The position numbers were made by a program, and so were the translations under genes. A DNA stretch of 47,562 bases from Thermodesulfobacteriota bacterium (GTDB taxonomy: Bacteria > DASVDK01): assembly GCA_036381125.1 (NCBI GenBank), contig DASVDK010000070.1, forward strand, positions 1 to 47,562, in the 5' to 3' direction. The notes under the pieces are model-generated. The model was not told where the DNA came from, did not search any database, and saw only the letters and a list, made by a program, of their open reading frames with translations. Shown in pieces: positions 37,486 to 46,137 of the stretch; positions within the stretch are counted from its first letter, which is position 1; each line of letters starts with the position of its first letter.

Positions 37486-38220
37486 ATGCGTGCGGCCGCC
37501 GCCTTCGTCGCCGACCTGCACCTGGCGGGCGATCCCGAGGACACGGCCGCCCTGCTCGCGTTCCTCGAGGCCCAGGCCGGCCCGGACGGCGCGGACACGC
37601 TCTACATCCTGGGCGACCTGTTCGACCTCTGGCTCGGGTCGCCGAAGCTGCAGCTCGACTTCCAGAGGGAGGTCGTCCGCGGCATCGAGCGGCTGCGCGA
37701 GGCGGGCGTCCAGGTGAAGTTCGTCGAGGGCAACCGCGAGTTCCGGGTGGTGCGGACCTTCGGTAGCCTCTTCACCGCGGCCACCGAGGACGCGTTCGAC
37801 GACGAGGTGGCCGGCCTGCGCCTGCACGTCGCCCACGGCGACCGGGTGAACACCGACGACCGCCTCTACCGGCTCTGGCGGCGGGTGTCGAAGAACCGCC
37901 CGACCTTCCTGCTCTTCGACCTCCTGCCGCGCCGCGCCGGCCTGGCCCTCGCGCTGGCGCTCGAGCGCCGGCTGCGCGGCACCAACCGCAGCATGAAGCG
38001 CTACTTCCCCGAAGCGCACTGCCGGCGATACGCGGAGGCCCGCGTGGCCGCCGGCACCGACCTCCTCCTCTTCGGACACTTCCACGTCGAGCGCCGCCTG
38101 CCCATCGAGGCCGGGGCACGGCGAGGGGAGGTGGTCTGCCTGCCCGACTGGCGGACCTCGCGCCGCTACCTGCGGCTCGACCGCGACGGCCGGGCGGAGA
38201 TCGTCCCCTTCACGATGTGA
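37486..38220 (+). CDS. lpxH: UDP-2,3-diacylglucosamine diphosphatase
   Basis: ADLHL, LYILGDLFDLW, EGNRE, AHGD…NTDDRLYR, FGHFH, LPDW. Confidence 0.8.
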   Translation: MRAAAAFVADLHLAGDPEDTAALLAFLEAQAGPDGADTLYILGDLFDLWLGSPKLQLDFQREVVRGIERLREAGVQVKFVEGNREFRVVRTFGSLFTAATEDAFDDEVAGLRLHVAHGDRVNTDDRLYRLWRRVSKNRPTFLLFDLLPRRAGLALALALERRLRGTNRSMKRYFPEAHCRRYAEARVAAGTDLLLFGHFHVERRLPIEAGARRGEVVCLPDWRTSRRYLRLDRDGRAEIVPFTM

Positions 38221-38274
38221 GTCGGATCACGTCCGTTTCCAGGCGAGCCCCTGTATACTCCCCGGCCGTTCCTT

Positions 38275-38302
38275 CCAGGTCCGTCATCCCAGGTCCGTCA
38301 TC
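38275..38302 (+). repeat. Perfect 14-bp tandem duplication in the OmpA 5' UTR
   Basis: CCAGGTCCGTCATC at 38275-38288 and 38289-38302; -10 TATACT at 38254-38259. Confidence 0.85.
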
Positions 38303-38322
38303 AGACGAAAGGCTGGAACCAG

Positions 38323-39012
38323 ATGCGAAAGCTCCTCGTGAAGCCGATCGCGGGCCTCCTCGCGGCCGCGCTGGCGCTCCCGGCCGCCGGGTGCGCCACC
38401 AACCCGGATGGCACGTACGAGTGGAAGCGGACCGCCATCGGCGCCGGCGCCGGAGCGGCGGTCGGCGCGGGCGCCGGCGCCCTCCTCGGCGGCAAGAAGC
38501 GCGCGGGCCGGGGGGCCCTGATCGGCGCGGCGGCCGGTGCGATGGTCGGCGGCGCCATCGGCAACTACATGGACCGCCAGGCGGCCGAGCTCAAGCGGCG
38601 GCTGCCGGACGCGGCCGTCGAGCGACAGGGCGACAAGCTCTACGTCGCGCTCCCCTCCGGCATCCTCTTCGACACCGACAAGGCGACGATCCGCCCGGAG
38701 GCGCGGCAGAGCATCGCCACGGCGGCCGACGTCCTCAAGAAGTACCCCGACACCTACATCACCGTCGAGGGGCACACCGACTCGACCGGGTCGGCCGACT
38801 ACAACCAGCGGCTCTCGGAGCGCCGGGCGCGGGCGGTCTACGACCTCCTGGTCCAGGACGGCGTCCCGGCCGCACGCCTCGCCGTGAAGGGCTACGGCGA
38901 GACCGACCCGGTGGCCGACAACGCCACCGAGGAGGGCCGCCAGGCGAACCGGCGCGTCCAGCTCGAGATCCGCCCCAACGAGAAGCTCCAGGCCCAGCAG
39001 CGGGCCGGATAG
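38323..39012 (+). CDS. OmpA/YiaD-like lipoprotein (glycine zipper plus OmpA-C domain)
   Basis: Lipobox AAGC; GAGAGAAVGAG zipper; ILFDTDK, VEGHTDSTG…YNQRLSERRA, GYGE…NRRV. Confidence 0.93.
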   Translation: MRKLLVKPIAGLLAAALALPAAGCATNPDGTYEWKRTAIGAGAGAAVGAGAGALLGGKKRAGRGALIGAAAGAMVGGAIGNYMDRQAAELKRRLPDAAVERQGDKLYVALPSGILFDTDKATIRPEARQSIATAADVLKKYPDTYITVEGHTDSTGSADYNQRLSERRARAVYDLLVQDGVPAARLAVKGYGETDPVADNATEEGRQANRRVQLEIRPNEKLQAQQRAG

Positions 39013-39082
39013 CCGCTCCGCGTTCGACCGGGGGCGGGCTGCGGTAGAATCCGACATCCGTCCGCCCCCGGAGGCGCGCCAG

Positions 39083-39679
39083 GTGCCCACCAGAACCCGT
39101 CCGCCGTCGGCGAAGGCCGCACGTCCGGCGAAGCCGGCACGCCCGTCGAAGTCGTCACGCCGGGCGGAGCCGGCGAGTCCGGCAACACCGGCACGTGCCG
39201 CGAAGCCGGCGCGTACCGCGAAACCGGCACGCCCGGCGAAGCCACCGGCACGCCCGGCGAAGCCGACGAGCGCCCAGAAGCCGGCGCGTCCTGCGAAGGC
39301 GGCGCGCCCCGCGGAGCCGGCAGCGGCCGTGACGCCGGCCGGCCCCGCGAAGCCGGCCGGCCCCGCGACGGGGGCCGAGCCGCGACGACGCCAGGCCCCG
39401 CTGCCGGGGGTCCAGCGGACCTGCTACGAGGTCCGCCTGATGGTCTGTCCCCGGACGCCCGCCACCTGCCCGGAGACCTGGCCCGTGGGGCCGCGGCTGC
39501 TCTGCGGCTCGTTCGAGATGCTCGCCCGCTTCGAGAAGGCCGGCGGCGGCGACGACCTCGAGAGCGTCGAGGCGGGGCTCGCCGATGCGCTCGGGGACCT
39601 GTCGATCCGCAGCCGCCTCGATGCGGACCCCGACGACCAGCCCGAGGAGACCGACGACAGCGAGGGGGAGGACCGATGA
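39083..39679 (+). CDS. Hypothetical protein: PAK/PAR histone-H1-like N-terminus, four-Cys core, acidic tail
   Basis: -10 TAGAAT 39045-39050, SD GGAGG, GTG start, ATGA coupling to the next gene; repeated AKPARP; C-x7-C-x6-C-x11-C; DADPDDQPEETDDSEGED. Confidence 0.75.
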   Translation: MPTRTRPPSAKAARPAKPARPSKSSRRAEPASPATPARAAKPARTAKPARPAKPPARPAKPTSAQKPARPAKAARPAEPAAAVTPAGPAKPAGPATGAEPRRRQAPLPGVQRTCYEVRLMVCPRTPATCPETWPVGPRLLCGSFEMLARFEKAGGGDDLESVEAGLADALGDLSIRSRLDADPDDQPEETDDSEGEDR

Positions 39680-40518
39680 ACGGCAGCGCGAAGTCGGCGC
39701 ACGGCGCGCAGGCGGCGGCGACCCCCGACCGCGCCCGGCGGATCGCCGAGGCGGCGCGCGCGCAGTTCGGCCGCCAGGCCGCGCACTACACCCACAGCCC
39801 CAACCACGCCCGCGGCGACACGCTGGCCATGACGGTCGACCTCGCCGGGCCGCAGGCCGGCGAGCGGGCCGCGGACATCGCCACCGGGACCGGTCACACG
39901 GCGCTCGCCATCGCCCCTCGGCTCGGCGGCGCGCCGGTCCTCGCCGTCGACTTCACCCGCGAGATGCTCGAGGAAGCCCGGCGGCTGGCCGCCGCCCGGG
40001 GCCTCCGCCAGGTACGGTGCGTCATGGGGGACGCGCACGCCCTGCCGATCGCGTCCGGGAGCCTCGACCTCGTGACCTGCCGCGTCGCCCCGCACCACTT
40101 CGCCGACCCGGCGGCGTTCGTCGCCGAGGCGGCGCGCGTGCTCCGGCCGGGGGGGCGACTCATCGTCTGCGACACCGCCTCGCCGGGCGACGCCGAGGCG
40201 GACGCCTGGATGCACGCCACGGAGGTCGCGCGCGATCCCTCGCACGTCCGCAACTACACCGCCGCGGAGTGGCGGGCCTACGTGGAGCGGGCCGGGCTCG
40301 TGCTCGAGCACGTCGAGATGGGCCGCTGGACGCACCTCGGCTTCGACGACTGGGTGCGCCGCGGCGGCGCGTCCGCCGAGACCGTCGCCTGGCTGCGCCG
40401 CGCCTTCGAGACGGCGCCGCCGGCCGCGCGGGCCGCCTTCGCGATCGAGCCCGACCCGGCGGTCGGCTTCCGCTTCGGATGGACCGTCGTCCTCTTCAGA
40501 GCCCGCAGACCCGCCTGA
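39676..40518 (+). CDS. Class I SAM-dependent methyltransferase (Methyltransf_11, YcgJ-like)
   Basis: QFGRQAAHY, DIATGTGH, VDFT…ML, GDAHALP…DLVTCRVAPHHF, RVLRPGG, RDPSHVR. Confidence 0.9.
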   Translation: MNGSAKSAHGAQAAATPDRARRIAEAARAQFGRQAAHYTHSPNHARGDTLAMTVDLAGPQAGERAADIATGTGHTALAIAPRLGGAPVLAVDFTREMLEEARRLAAARGLRQVRCVMGDAHALPIASGSLDLVTCRVAPHHFADPAAFVAEAARVLRPGGRLIVCDTASPGDAEADAWMHATEVARDPSHVRNYTAAEWRAYVERAGLVLEHVEMGRWTHLGFDDWVRRGGASAETVAWLRRAFETAPPAARAAFAIEPDPAVGFRFGWTVVLFRARRPA

Positions 40519-42176
40519 TCGCGGCAGCTGCCGCGTTGTGGCTGCTCCTCACCGGCTGTGCAGCCCGGGGGCCGCAGGCGCCCGACGCCGAGGCGCCGCG
40601 CACCGTCCGCCTCACCGTGCTCGCCGTCAACGACTTCCACGGCGCGCTGCTCCCCCGAGAGGTGGACGGCCGGCCGGCGGGCGGCGCCGCGTACCTCGCC
40701 GGCTACCTCGAGGGCCGGGCCGCGGCGCTGCGGGCCGACGGCGGCGAGGCGGTGCTCGTCCACGCCGGCGACATGGTGGGGGCCTCGCCGCTCGAGTCGG
40801 CCCTGCTCAAGGACGAGCCGACGGTGGAGGCGCTCGACGCCATGGGCGTCGGCTTCGGCGCCGTGGGCAACCACGAGTTCGACGAGGGCCTGGAGGAGCT
40901 CCTGCGCCTGCAGCGGGGCGGCTGCCACCCGGCCACCGAGGCGCTGCGCGGCTGCTTCCGGGGGGCGCGCCTCCAGTGGCTCGCCGCCAACGTCGTGCGG
41001 GAGGGGGAGACGACGCCGGTGCTGCCGCCCTACGCCGTGATCGAGGCGGGCGGCGTGCGCGTCGCCTTCATCGGCGTCGTGCTCCGGGACGCGGCGGAGA
41101 TCGTGGCCCCGGACCGCGTGCAGGGGCTGCGCTTCCTCGACGAGGCGGAGACGGTCAACCGGTACGCCGCCGAGCTGGCCGCACGGGAGATCCACGCGGT
41201 CGTCGTCCTCCTCCACCAGGGCGGCTTCGGCTCGCCCGACGGCAGCACCCCCATCACCGGGCCGGTCGTGGAGGTGGTCGGCCGGTTCGGTCCGGAGGTG
41301 GACGCCGTCGTGAGCGGCCACACGCACCAGGGCTACGTGGGCCGCGTCACCCGCCGGGCGGGGGGCGCGCCGCTCGTCGTGGCGCAGGCCTACGCGAACG
41401 GCACGGCGTTCGCGGAGATCGACCTCCTGCTCGATGCGCGCACGGGCGACGTGGCGGCGGCCGACGCCCGGGTGACCCGCACCTTCCACCAGGCCGACGC
41501 CGCCGATCCGCTCACCAGGGTCGAGCCGGACGCCCGGGTGGCCGAGATCGTCGCGCAGGCCGAGGCCGCCGCGGCGTCGCGCGCGGCGCGCGTCGTCGGG
41601 CGCGCGGCGGCGCCCGTGACGCGCGCGACCACGCCGGCCGGGGAGTCGACGCTCGGCGCCCTGGTCGCCGACGCGCACAGGGCCGCCACCGGTGCCGACG
41701 TCGCGTTCACCAACCCGGGCGGCCTGCGCGAGGACCTCCCGGCCGGACCGATCACCTACGGCCGGCTCTTCGCCGCGCAGCCCTTCGACGACCGCCTCGT
41801 GACCGTGACGCTGAGCGGCGACGAGATCCGGCGCCTCCTCGAGTCGCAGTGGCGAAGGGGTCCGGACGGGCAGCCGGTCGTCCGGATCCTGCCGGTGTCG
41901 GGGCTCGGCTACGTCTGGGACCCGGACGCCCCGGTCGGCCGGCGGGTCACGCACCTCCGCCTCGAGAGCGGCGAGCCGGTCAGGCCCGACGCGCGCTACC
42001 GCGTGACGGTGAACAGCTACCTCGCCGGAGGCGGCGACGGCTTCGGGCTGCTGCGCGAGGCGCGCGAGCGACAGGACGGGCCGGAGGCGCTGGAGGCGCT
42101 GGCCCGGTACGTGGAGCGGCTGCCGCAGCCGATCGCGGTCCGGCCGCCGGGACGGATCCGGCGCGCCGCCCCGTGA
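40479..42176 (+). CDS. Bifunctional 5'-nucleotidase/UDP-sugar hydrolase family lipoprotein
   Basis: Lipobox LLTGC; NDFHG, HAGD, GNHEFD, SGHTH, NPGGLR, YLAGGGDG. The start (ATG 40479, overlapping the previous gene) is tentative. Confidence 0.9.
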   Translation: MDRRPLQSPQTRLIAAAAALWLLLTGCAARGPQAPDAEAPRTVRLTVLAVNDFHGALLPREVDGRPAGGAAYLAGYLEGRAAALRADGGEAVLVHAGDMVGASPLESALLKDEPTVEALDAMGVGFGAVGNHEFDEGLEELLRLQRGGCHPATEALRGCFRGARLQWLAANVVREGETTPVLPPYAVIEAGGVRVAFIGVVLRDAAEIVAPDRVQGLRFLDEAETVNRYAAELAAREIHAVVVLLHQGGFGSPDGSTPITGPVVEVVGRFGPEVDAVVSGHTHQGYVGRVTRRAGGAPLVVAQAYANGTAFAEIDLLLDARTGDVAAADARVTRTFHQADAADPLTRVEPDARVAEIVAQAEAAAASRAARVVGRAAAPVTRATTPAGESTLGALVADAHRAATGADVAFTNPGGLREDLPAGPITYGRLFAAQPFDDRLVTVTLSGDEIRRLLESQWRRGPDGQPVVRILPVSGLGYVWDPDAPVGRRVTHLRLESGEPVRPDARYRVTVNSYLAGGGDGFGLLREARERQDGPEALEALARYVERLPQPIAVRPPGRIRRAAP

Positions 42177-42247
42177 TGCGGTACACTGGCGGCCAACACG
42201 TCGTTTTAGCAGGCAGGCCGATGGACTAGGTTCGGGGAGGCAGGTCC

Positions 42248-43822
42248 ATGTCCCGTCTCGTGCACTTCGCGGTCTCGCTCGGCTTGAGGCTCGCGTCCAT
42301 CACGGCGCTCGCGCTCGGGGTCTTCCTCAAGGACGCCTCCGCGGCGGCGCCCGTCACCATCACCATCGCCAATCAGGGCGATGCGGCCACGCTCGACGGC
42401 CACATGCGCAACGAGACGACGACGCAGATGATCCAGCTTCACATCTACGACCGTCTCGTGGTCTTCGACGCCGACGTGAAGCTCCGCCCGGCACTGGCCA
42501 CCTCGTGGACCCGCAAGGACCCGACGACCTGGGTCTTCACCCTGCGGTCGGGCGTCCGGTTCCACAACGGCGAGCCGTTCGACGCCGCCGTGGCCGCCTG
42601 GAACCTCAAGCGGGCCAAGACCCACCCCAACAGCCAGTTCAAGGCGTACGCGAACCTGGTGGCGGAGGCGCGCGCCGTCGACCCGACGACGCTCGAGCTC
42701 AAGACCGCCGGCCCGGCCCCCGACCTCCTGACGAACCTCGTGCAGATCATGATGCTCCCCCCGAAGTACGTGGAGGAGAAGGGGGACGCGTACGTGGCCC
42801 GCAACCCGGTCGGCACGGGGCCGTACCGGTTCGTCGAGTGGGTCAAGGACGACCGCATCGTGCTCGAGGCCAACCCGGACTACTGGGGCGGCAAGCCGGC
42901 GATCGACCGCGTGATCTTCAGGCCGATCCCCGAGGACGCGACCCGGGCGGCGGCACTGGTGACCGGCGAGGTGGACGTGGTCTGGGGCGTCGCCGTCCAG
43001 GACGTGCCCCGCATCGAGGCGCAGCCGGACCTCCGGATCCTGCGCAGCCCGACGCAGCGGGTCATCTACCTCTCCTTCGACATGCACCGGAAGACCGACT
43101 CGCCGGGCGTCGGCCCCGGGCCGAACCCCTTCGCGGACGTGCGGGTTCGGCGGGCGATCTATCACGCCCTCGACATCGGCGGCATCATCAAGGCGGTCAT
43201 GGGAGGCAGCGGGGCGCAGGCGACGCAGTTCGTCACCCCGCCCATCTTCGGCTACAACCCGAACGTCAAGCCGCTCCCCCACGACCCGGCCCGCGCCAGG
43301 GCGCTCCTCGCCGAGGCCGGCTACCCGAACGGCTTCGCGGCGCGCCTCGACTGCCCCAACGACCGGTACGTGAACGACGCGGCGCTCTGCGAGGCGGTGG
43401 CGGGTCAGCTCACGAAGGTGGGCCTGCGCATCACCCCCAACGCGGTCCCCAAGGCGGTCTTCTTCCCGCAGATCGACCGCTTCGAGACCTCCTTCTACCT
43501 GGCGGGGTGGGGGACGCTCGACACCGGCGCCACGCTCTCGGCGGTGGTCCAGACGAACGACCCGGCGAAGGGCACCGGCCGCATCAACCGCGGCCGCTAC
43601 TCGAACGCCGAGGTCGACGCGCTCATCGAGCGGGGGCGGAAGACGCTCGACGACAAGGAGCGGGAGGCCCTCTACCGCTCCGCCGTCGAGCTGGCCATGA
43701 GCGAGGTGGCCTGGGTGCCGCTGCACCAGCAGGAGATGATCCTCGGCGCCAAGAAGCGCTTCAGCTTCAAGCCGAGGTTCGACGAGTACATCTTCGCCCA
43801 CGAGATCCGCGTGGCGAACTAG
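42248..43822 (+). CDS. Peptide/nickel ABC substrate-binding protein (SBP family 5)
   Basis: IYDRLV…PALATSW…FTLRSGVRFHNGEPF, PVGTGPYRF, DVRVRRAI; SD GGAGG; -10 TACACT at 42182-42187. Confidence 0.93.
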   Translation: MSRLVHFAVSLGLRLASITALALGVFLKDASAAAPVTITIANQGDAATLDGHMRNETTTQMIQLHIYDRLVVFDADVKLRPALATSWTRKDPTTWVFTLRSGVRFHNGEPFDAAVAAWNLKRAKTHPNSQFKAYANLVAEARAVDPTTLELKTAGPAPDLLTNLVQIMMLPPKYVEEKGDAYVARNPVGTGPYRFVEWVKDDRIVLEANPDYWGGKPAIDRVIFRPIPEDATRAAALVTGEVDVVWGVAVQDVPRIEAQPDLRILRSPTQRVIYLSFDMHRKTDSPGVGPGPNPFADVRVRRAIYHALDIGGIIKAVMGGSGAQATQFVTPPIFGYNPNVKPLPHDPARARALLAEAGYPNGFAARLDCPNDRYVNDAALCEAVAGQLTKVGLRITPNAVPKAVFFPQIDRFETSFYLAGWGTLDTGATLSAVVQTNDPAKGTGRINRGRYSNAEVDALIERGRKTLDDKEREALYRSAVELAMSEVAWVPLHQQEMILGAKKRFSFKPRFDEYIFAHEIRVAN

Positions 43823-43832
43823 CGAGGGCCCT

Positions 43833-44750
43833 CTGCTCCAGTATCTCGCGCGCCGGGTCGCGGGGGGCGCCGTGGCGCTCCTCGCGGCCTCGGCGGTCGT
43901 GTTCCTCCTCCTCAGGCTCGCGGGCGACCCCCTCGAGCTGCTCGTCCCGCCCGACGCCTCCGCGGCCGACGTGGAGGCGATGCGGCGCACCCTCGGCCTC
44001 GACCGCTCCTGGCTCGAGCAGTACGGCGCCTTCCTGGCCGCCGCCCTGCGGGGCGACCTCGGCACGTCCTTCTACCACGGCGTGCCGGCGCTCGGGCTCG
44101 TCCTCGAGCGGCTGCCGGCCACGCTCGAGCTGATCCTCGCGGCGATGGCGTTCTCGCTCGTCGTCGCGATCCCGGCGGGCGTCGTGGCGGCCCGCAGGCC
44201 GGGCTCCCTCGCCGACCGCCTCGCGCGAGGGGTCTCCCTCCTCGGCATCTCCGCGCCCCCCTTCTGGATCGCCATCATGCTGATCCTCGTCTTCGCCGTG
44301 GAGCTGCGGTGGCTGCCGTCCTCGGGCCGCGGCTCCCTCGACCACCTCGTCCTGCCGGCCTTCTCGCTCGCCCTCTACCGGGTGGCCCTCTTCACCCGCC
44401 TGGTGCGGGCGGGGATGGTGGAGGCGCTGTCGCAGGACTACGTGCGCACGGCGAGGGCCAAGGGGGTCTCCGAGCGCCGCCTCCTCTACCGCCACGCCCT
44501 CAAGAACACGCTCATCCCGGTGGTCACCTTGGCGGGCCTCCAGATGGGGAGCCTCTTCGCCGGCGCCATCGTCACCGAGCGGATCTTCGCCTGGCCCGGA
44601 ATGGGGCGGCTCATCCTCGACGCCATCACGAAGCTCGACTACCCGGTCGTCGTCGCCTGGGCGCTGGTCGTGGCGGCCGGTTTCGTCACGGTGAACCTGA
44701 TCGTCGACTGCCTCTACTCCCTGGTCGACCCGAGGGTGCGGCTCGGATGA
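43833..44750 (+). CDS. Dpp/Opp ABC permease B; probable CTG start
   Basis: (L)LQYLARR…GDP…LGLD…GDLGTS…ERLPATLEL; DYVRTARAKG…HALKN. The first ATG/GTG/TTG is the GTG at 43872. Confidence 0.9.
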   Translation: MLQYLARRVAGGAVALLAASAVVFLLLRLAGDPLELLVPPDASAADVEAMRRTLGLDRSWLEQYGAFLAAALRGDLGTSFYHGVPALGLVLERLPATLELILAAMAFSLVVAIPAGVVAARRPGSLADRLARGVSLLGISAPPFWIAIMLILVFAVELRWLPSSGRGSLDHLVLPAFSLALYRVALFTRLVRAGMVEALSQDYVRTARAKGVSERRLLYRHALKNTLIPVVTLAGLQMGSLFAGAIVTERIFAWPGMGRLILDAITKLDYPVVVAWALVVAAGFVTVNLIVDCLYSLVDPRVRLG

Positions 44751-45577
44751 CCCGCTCGGCGCTGGCGACCGCGGTCGTGCTCGCCCTGCTGCTCGGCGCC
44801 TCGCTCGCCGCGCCGTGGCTCTCCCGCGTCGACCCGCTCGCGCAGGACTTCGGCGCCTCGCTCCGGCCCCCGGCGTGGAGCGAGGCCGGCAGCCTCGCGC
44901 ACCCCCTCGGCACCGATCGCCTCGGCCGCGACGTCTTCGCCAACGTCCTCCACGGGCTGCGGGTGTCGCTCCTCGTCGGCGCGGCCGCGGTGGCGATCAG
45001 CCTCGCCCTCGGGGTGACGCTCGGCCTGATCTCGGGCTACGCCGGCGGCCGCGTGGACGCCGCCCTGATGCGGGCGGCCGACGTGCAGCTCTCCCTGCCG
45101 CCGATCCTGATCGCCCTCGCCGTCGTCGCGCTCTTCGGGTCCGGCCTCTGGCGGCTGGTGATCCTGATCGGCGTGATCAACTGGGCGGTCTACGCGCGCA
45201 CCGTGCGCGGCAGCGTGCTGGCCGTCCGGGAGCGGGAGTTCGTGGAGGCGGCCCGGGCGCTCGGGGTGGCGGCCCCCGCCATCCTCGCGAGGCACGTGCT
45301 GCCGAACGTGCTGACGGCGACCGTCGTCGTCGCGGCGGTCGAGCTGCCGCGCGTGATGCTGCTCGAGGCGACGCTCTCCTTCCTGGGGCTCGGCGTGCCG
45401 GCCCAGGTGCCGTCGCTCGGCACCGCCGTGGCGCGCGGCTACCAGGTGCTCTTCGCGGGCCACTGGTGGGTCTCGGTCTTCCCGGGGCTCGCCCTCATGG
45501 CCGTCGTCGTCTGCGTGAACCTCCTCGGCGACTGGCTGCGGGACGCGACCGACCCGCGCTGGTCGCCGCGGCGATGA
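44747..45577 (+). CDS. Dpp/Opp ABC permease C
   Basis: ATGA overlap; HPLGTDRLGRD, REFVEAARALG…RHVLPN, NLLGDWLRDATDPR. Confidence 0.92.
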   Translation: MTRSALATAVVLALLLGASLAAPWLSRVDPLAQDFGASLRPPAWSEAGSLAHPLGTDRLGRDVFANVLHGLRVSLLVGAAAVAISLALGVTLGLISGYAGGRVDAALMRAADVQLSLPPILIALAVVALFGSGLWRLVILIGVINWAVYARTVRGSVLAVREREFVEAARALGVAAPAILARHVLPNVLTATVVVAAVELPRVMLLEATLSFLGLGVPAQVPSLGTAVARGYQVLFAGHWWVSVFPGLALMAVVVCVNLLGDWLRDATDPRWSPRR

Positions 45578-46137
45578 GACGCGCCGTGCCCGCGATGCCG
45601 AAGCCGCCGCGCGTCAGGCTGCGCCCGTTCGTCTCGTCCGACCTCGAGTTCCTCGCCCGCTGGCGCGAGGAGGCGACCGCCCGCGCCCACCAGCCGCTGC
45701 GGCGCCTCTCGCGCGAGGAGCTGCGCCTGGAGCTCGAGGCCGGCAGCGCCGGGCCGCTCTCGGACCGGACGCGCACCCGCTTCCAGTGGGTGGTCGAGCG
45801 CCGCGAGGACCGGGTCCCCCTGGGGTGGGTGACGCTGACGATCCGCAGCCGGGAGCACGGCATCGCCGAGGTCGGCTACACGCTGTCGGCCGAGTACCAC
45901 CGGCAGGGCTACGGCTCCGAGGCGCTCGGACTCCTCGTCGAGCGCGCCTTCGGCGAGCCGGAGATCCAGCGGCTCGAGGCGGTCTGCTCCGTGGACAACG
46001 AGGCGTCGTGGCGCCTCCTCGAGCGGCTCGGCTTCCGTCGCGAGGGGCGGCTCAGGGCCTACTACGTGATCAACGGCGCGCGCGTCGACCACTACCTCTA
46101 CGCGCGGCTCAGGGCCGACGGCCCGGTGGGAGGGTGA
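45574..46137 (+). CDS. GNAT N-acetyltransferase (RimJ/RimL-like)
   Basis: VRLRP, AEVGY…YHRQGYGSEAL, NEASWRLLERLGFRREGRLR. Confidence 0.9.
   Translation: MRRAVPAMPKPPRVRLRPFVSSDLEFLARWREEATARAHQPLRRLSREELRLELEAGSAGPLSDRTRTRFQWVVERREDRVPLGWVTLTIRSREHGIAEVGYTLSAEYHRQGYGSEALGLLVERAFGEPEIQRLEAVCSVDNEASWRLLERLGFRREGRLRAYYVINGARVDHYLYARLRADGPVGG

Noticed and set aside
39585-40478. Long N-terminal extension of the 5'-nucleotidase ORF
   Set aside because: Off-frame overlap with the methyltransferase; the lipoprotein signal defines a start near 40479.
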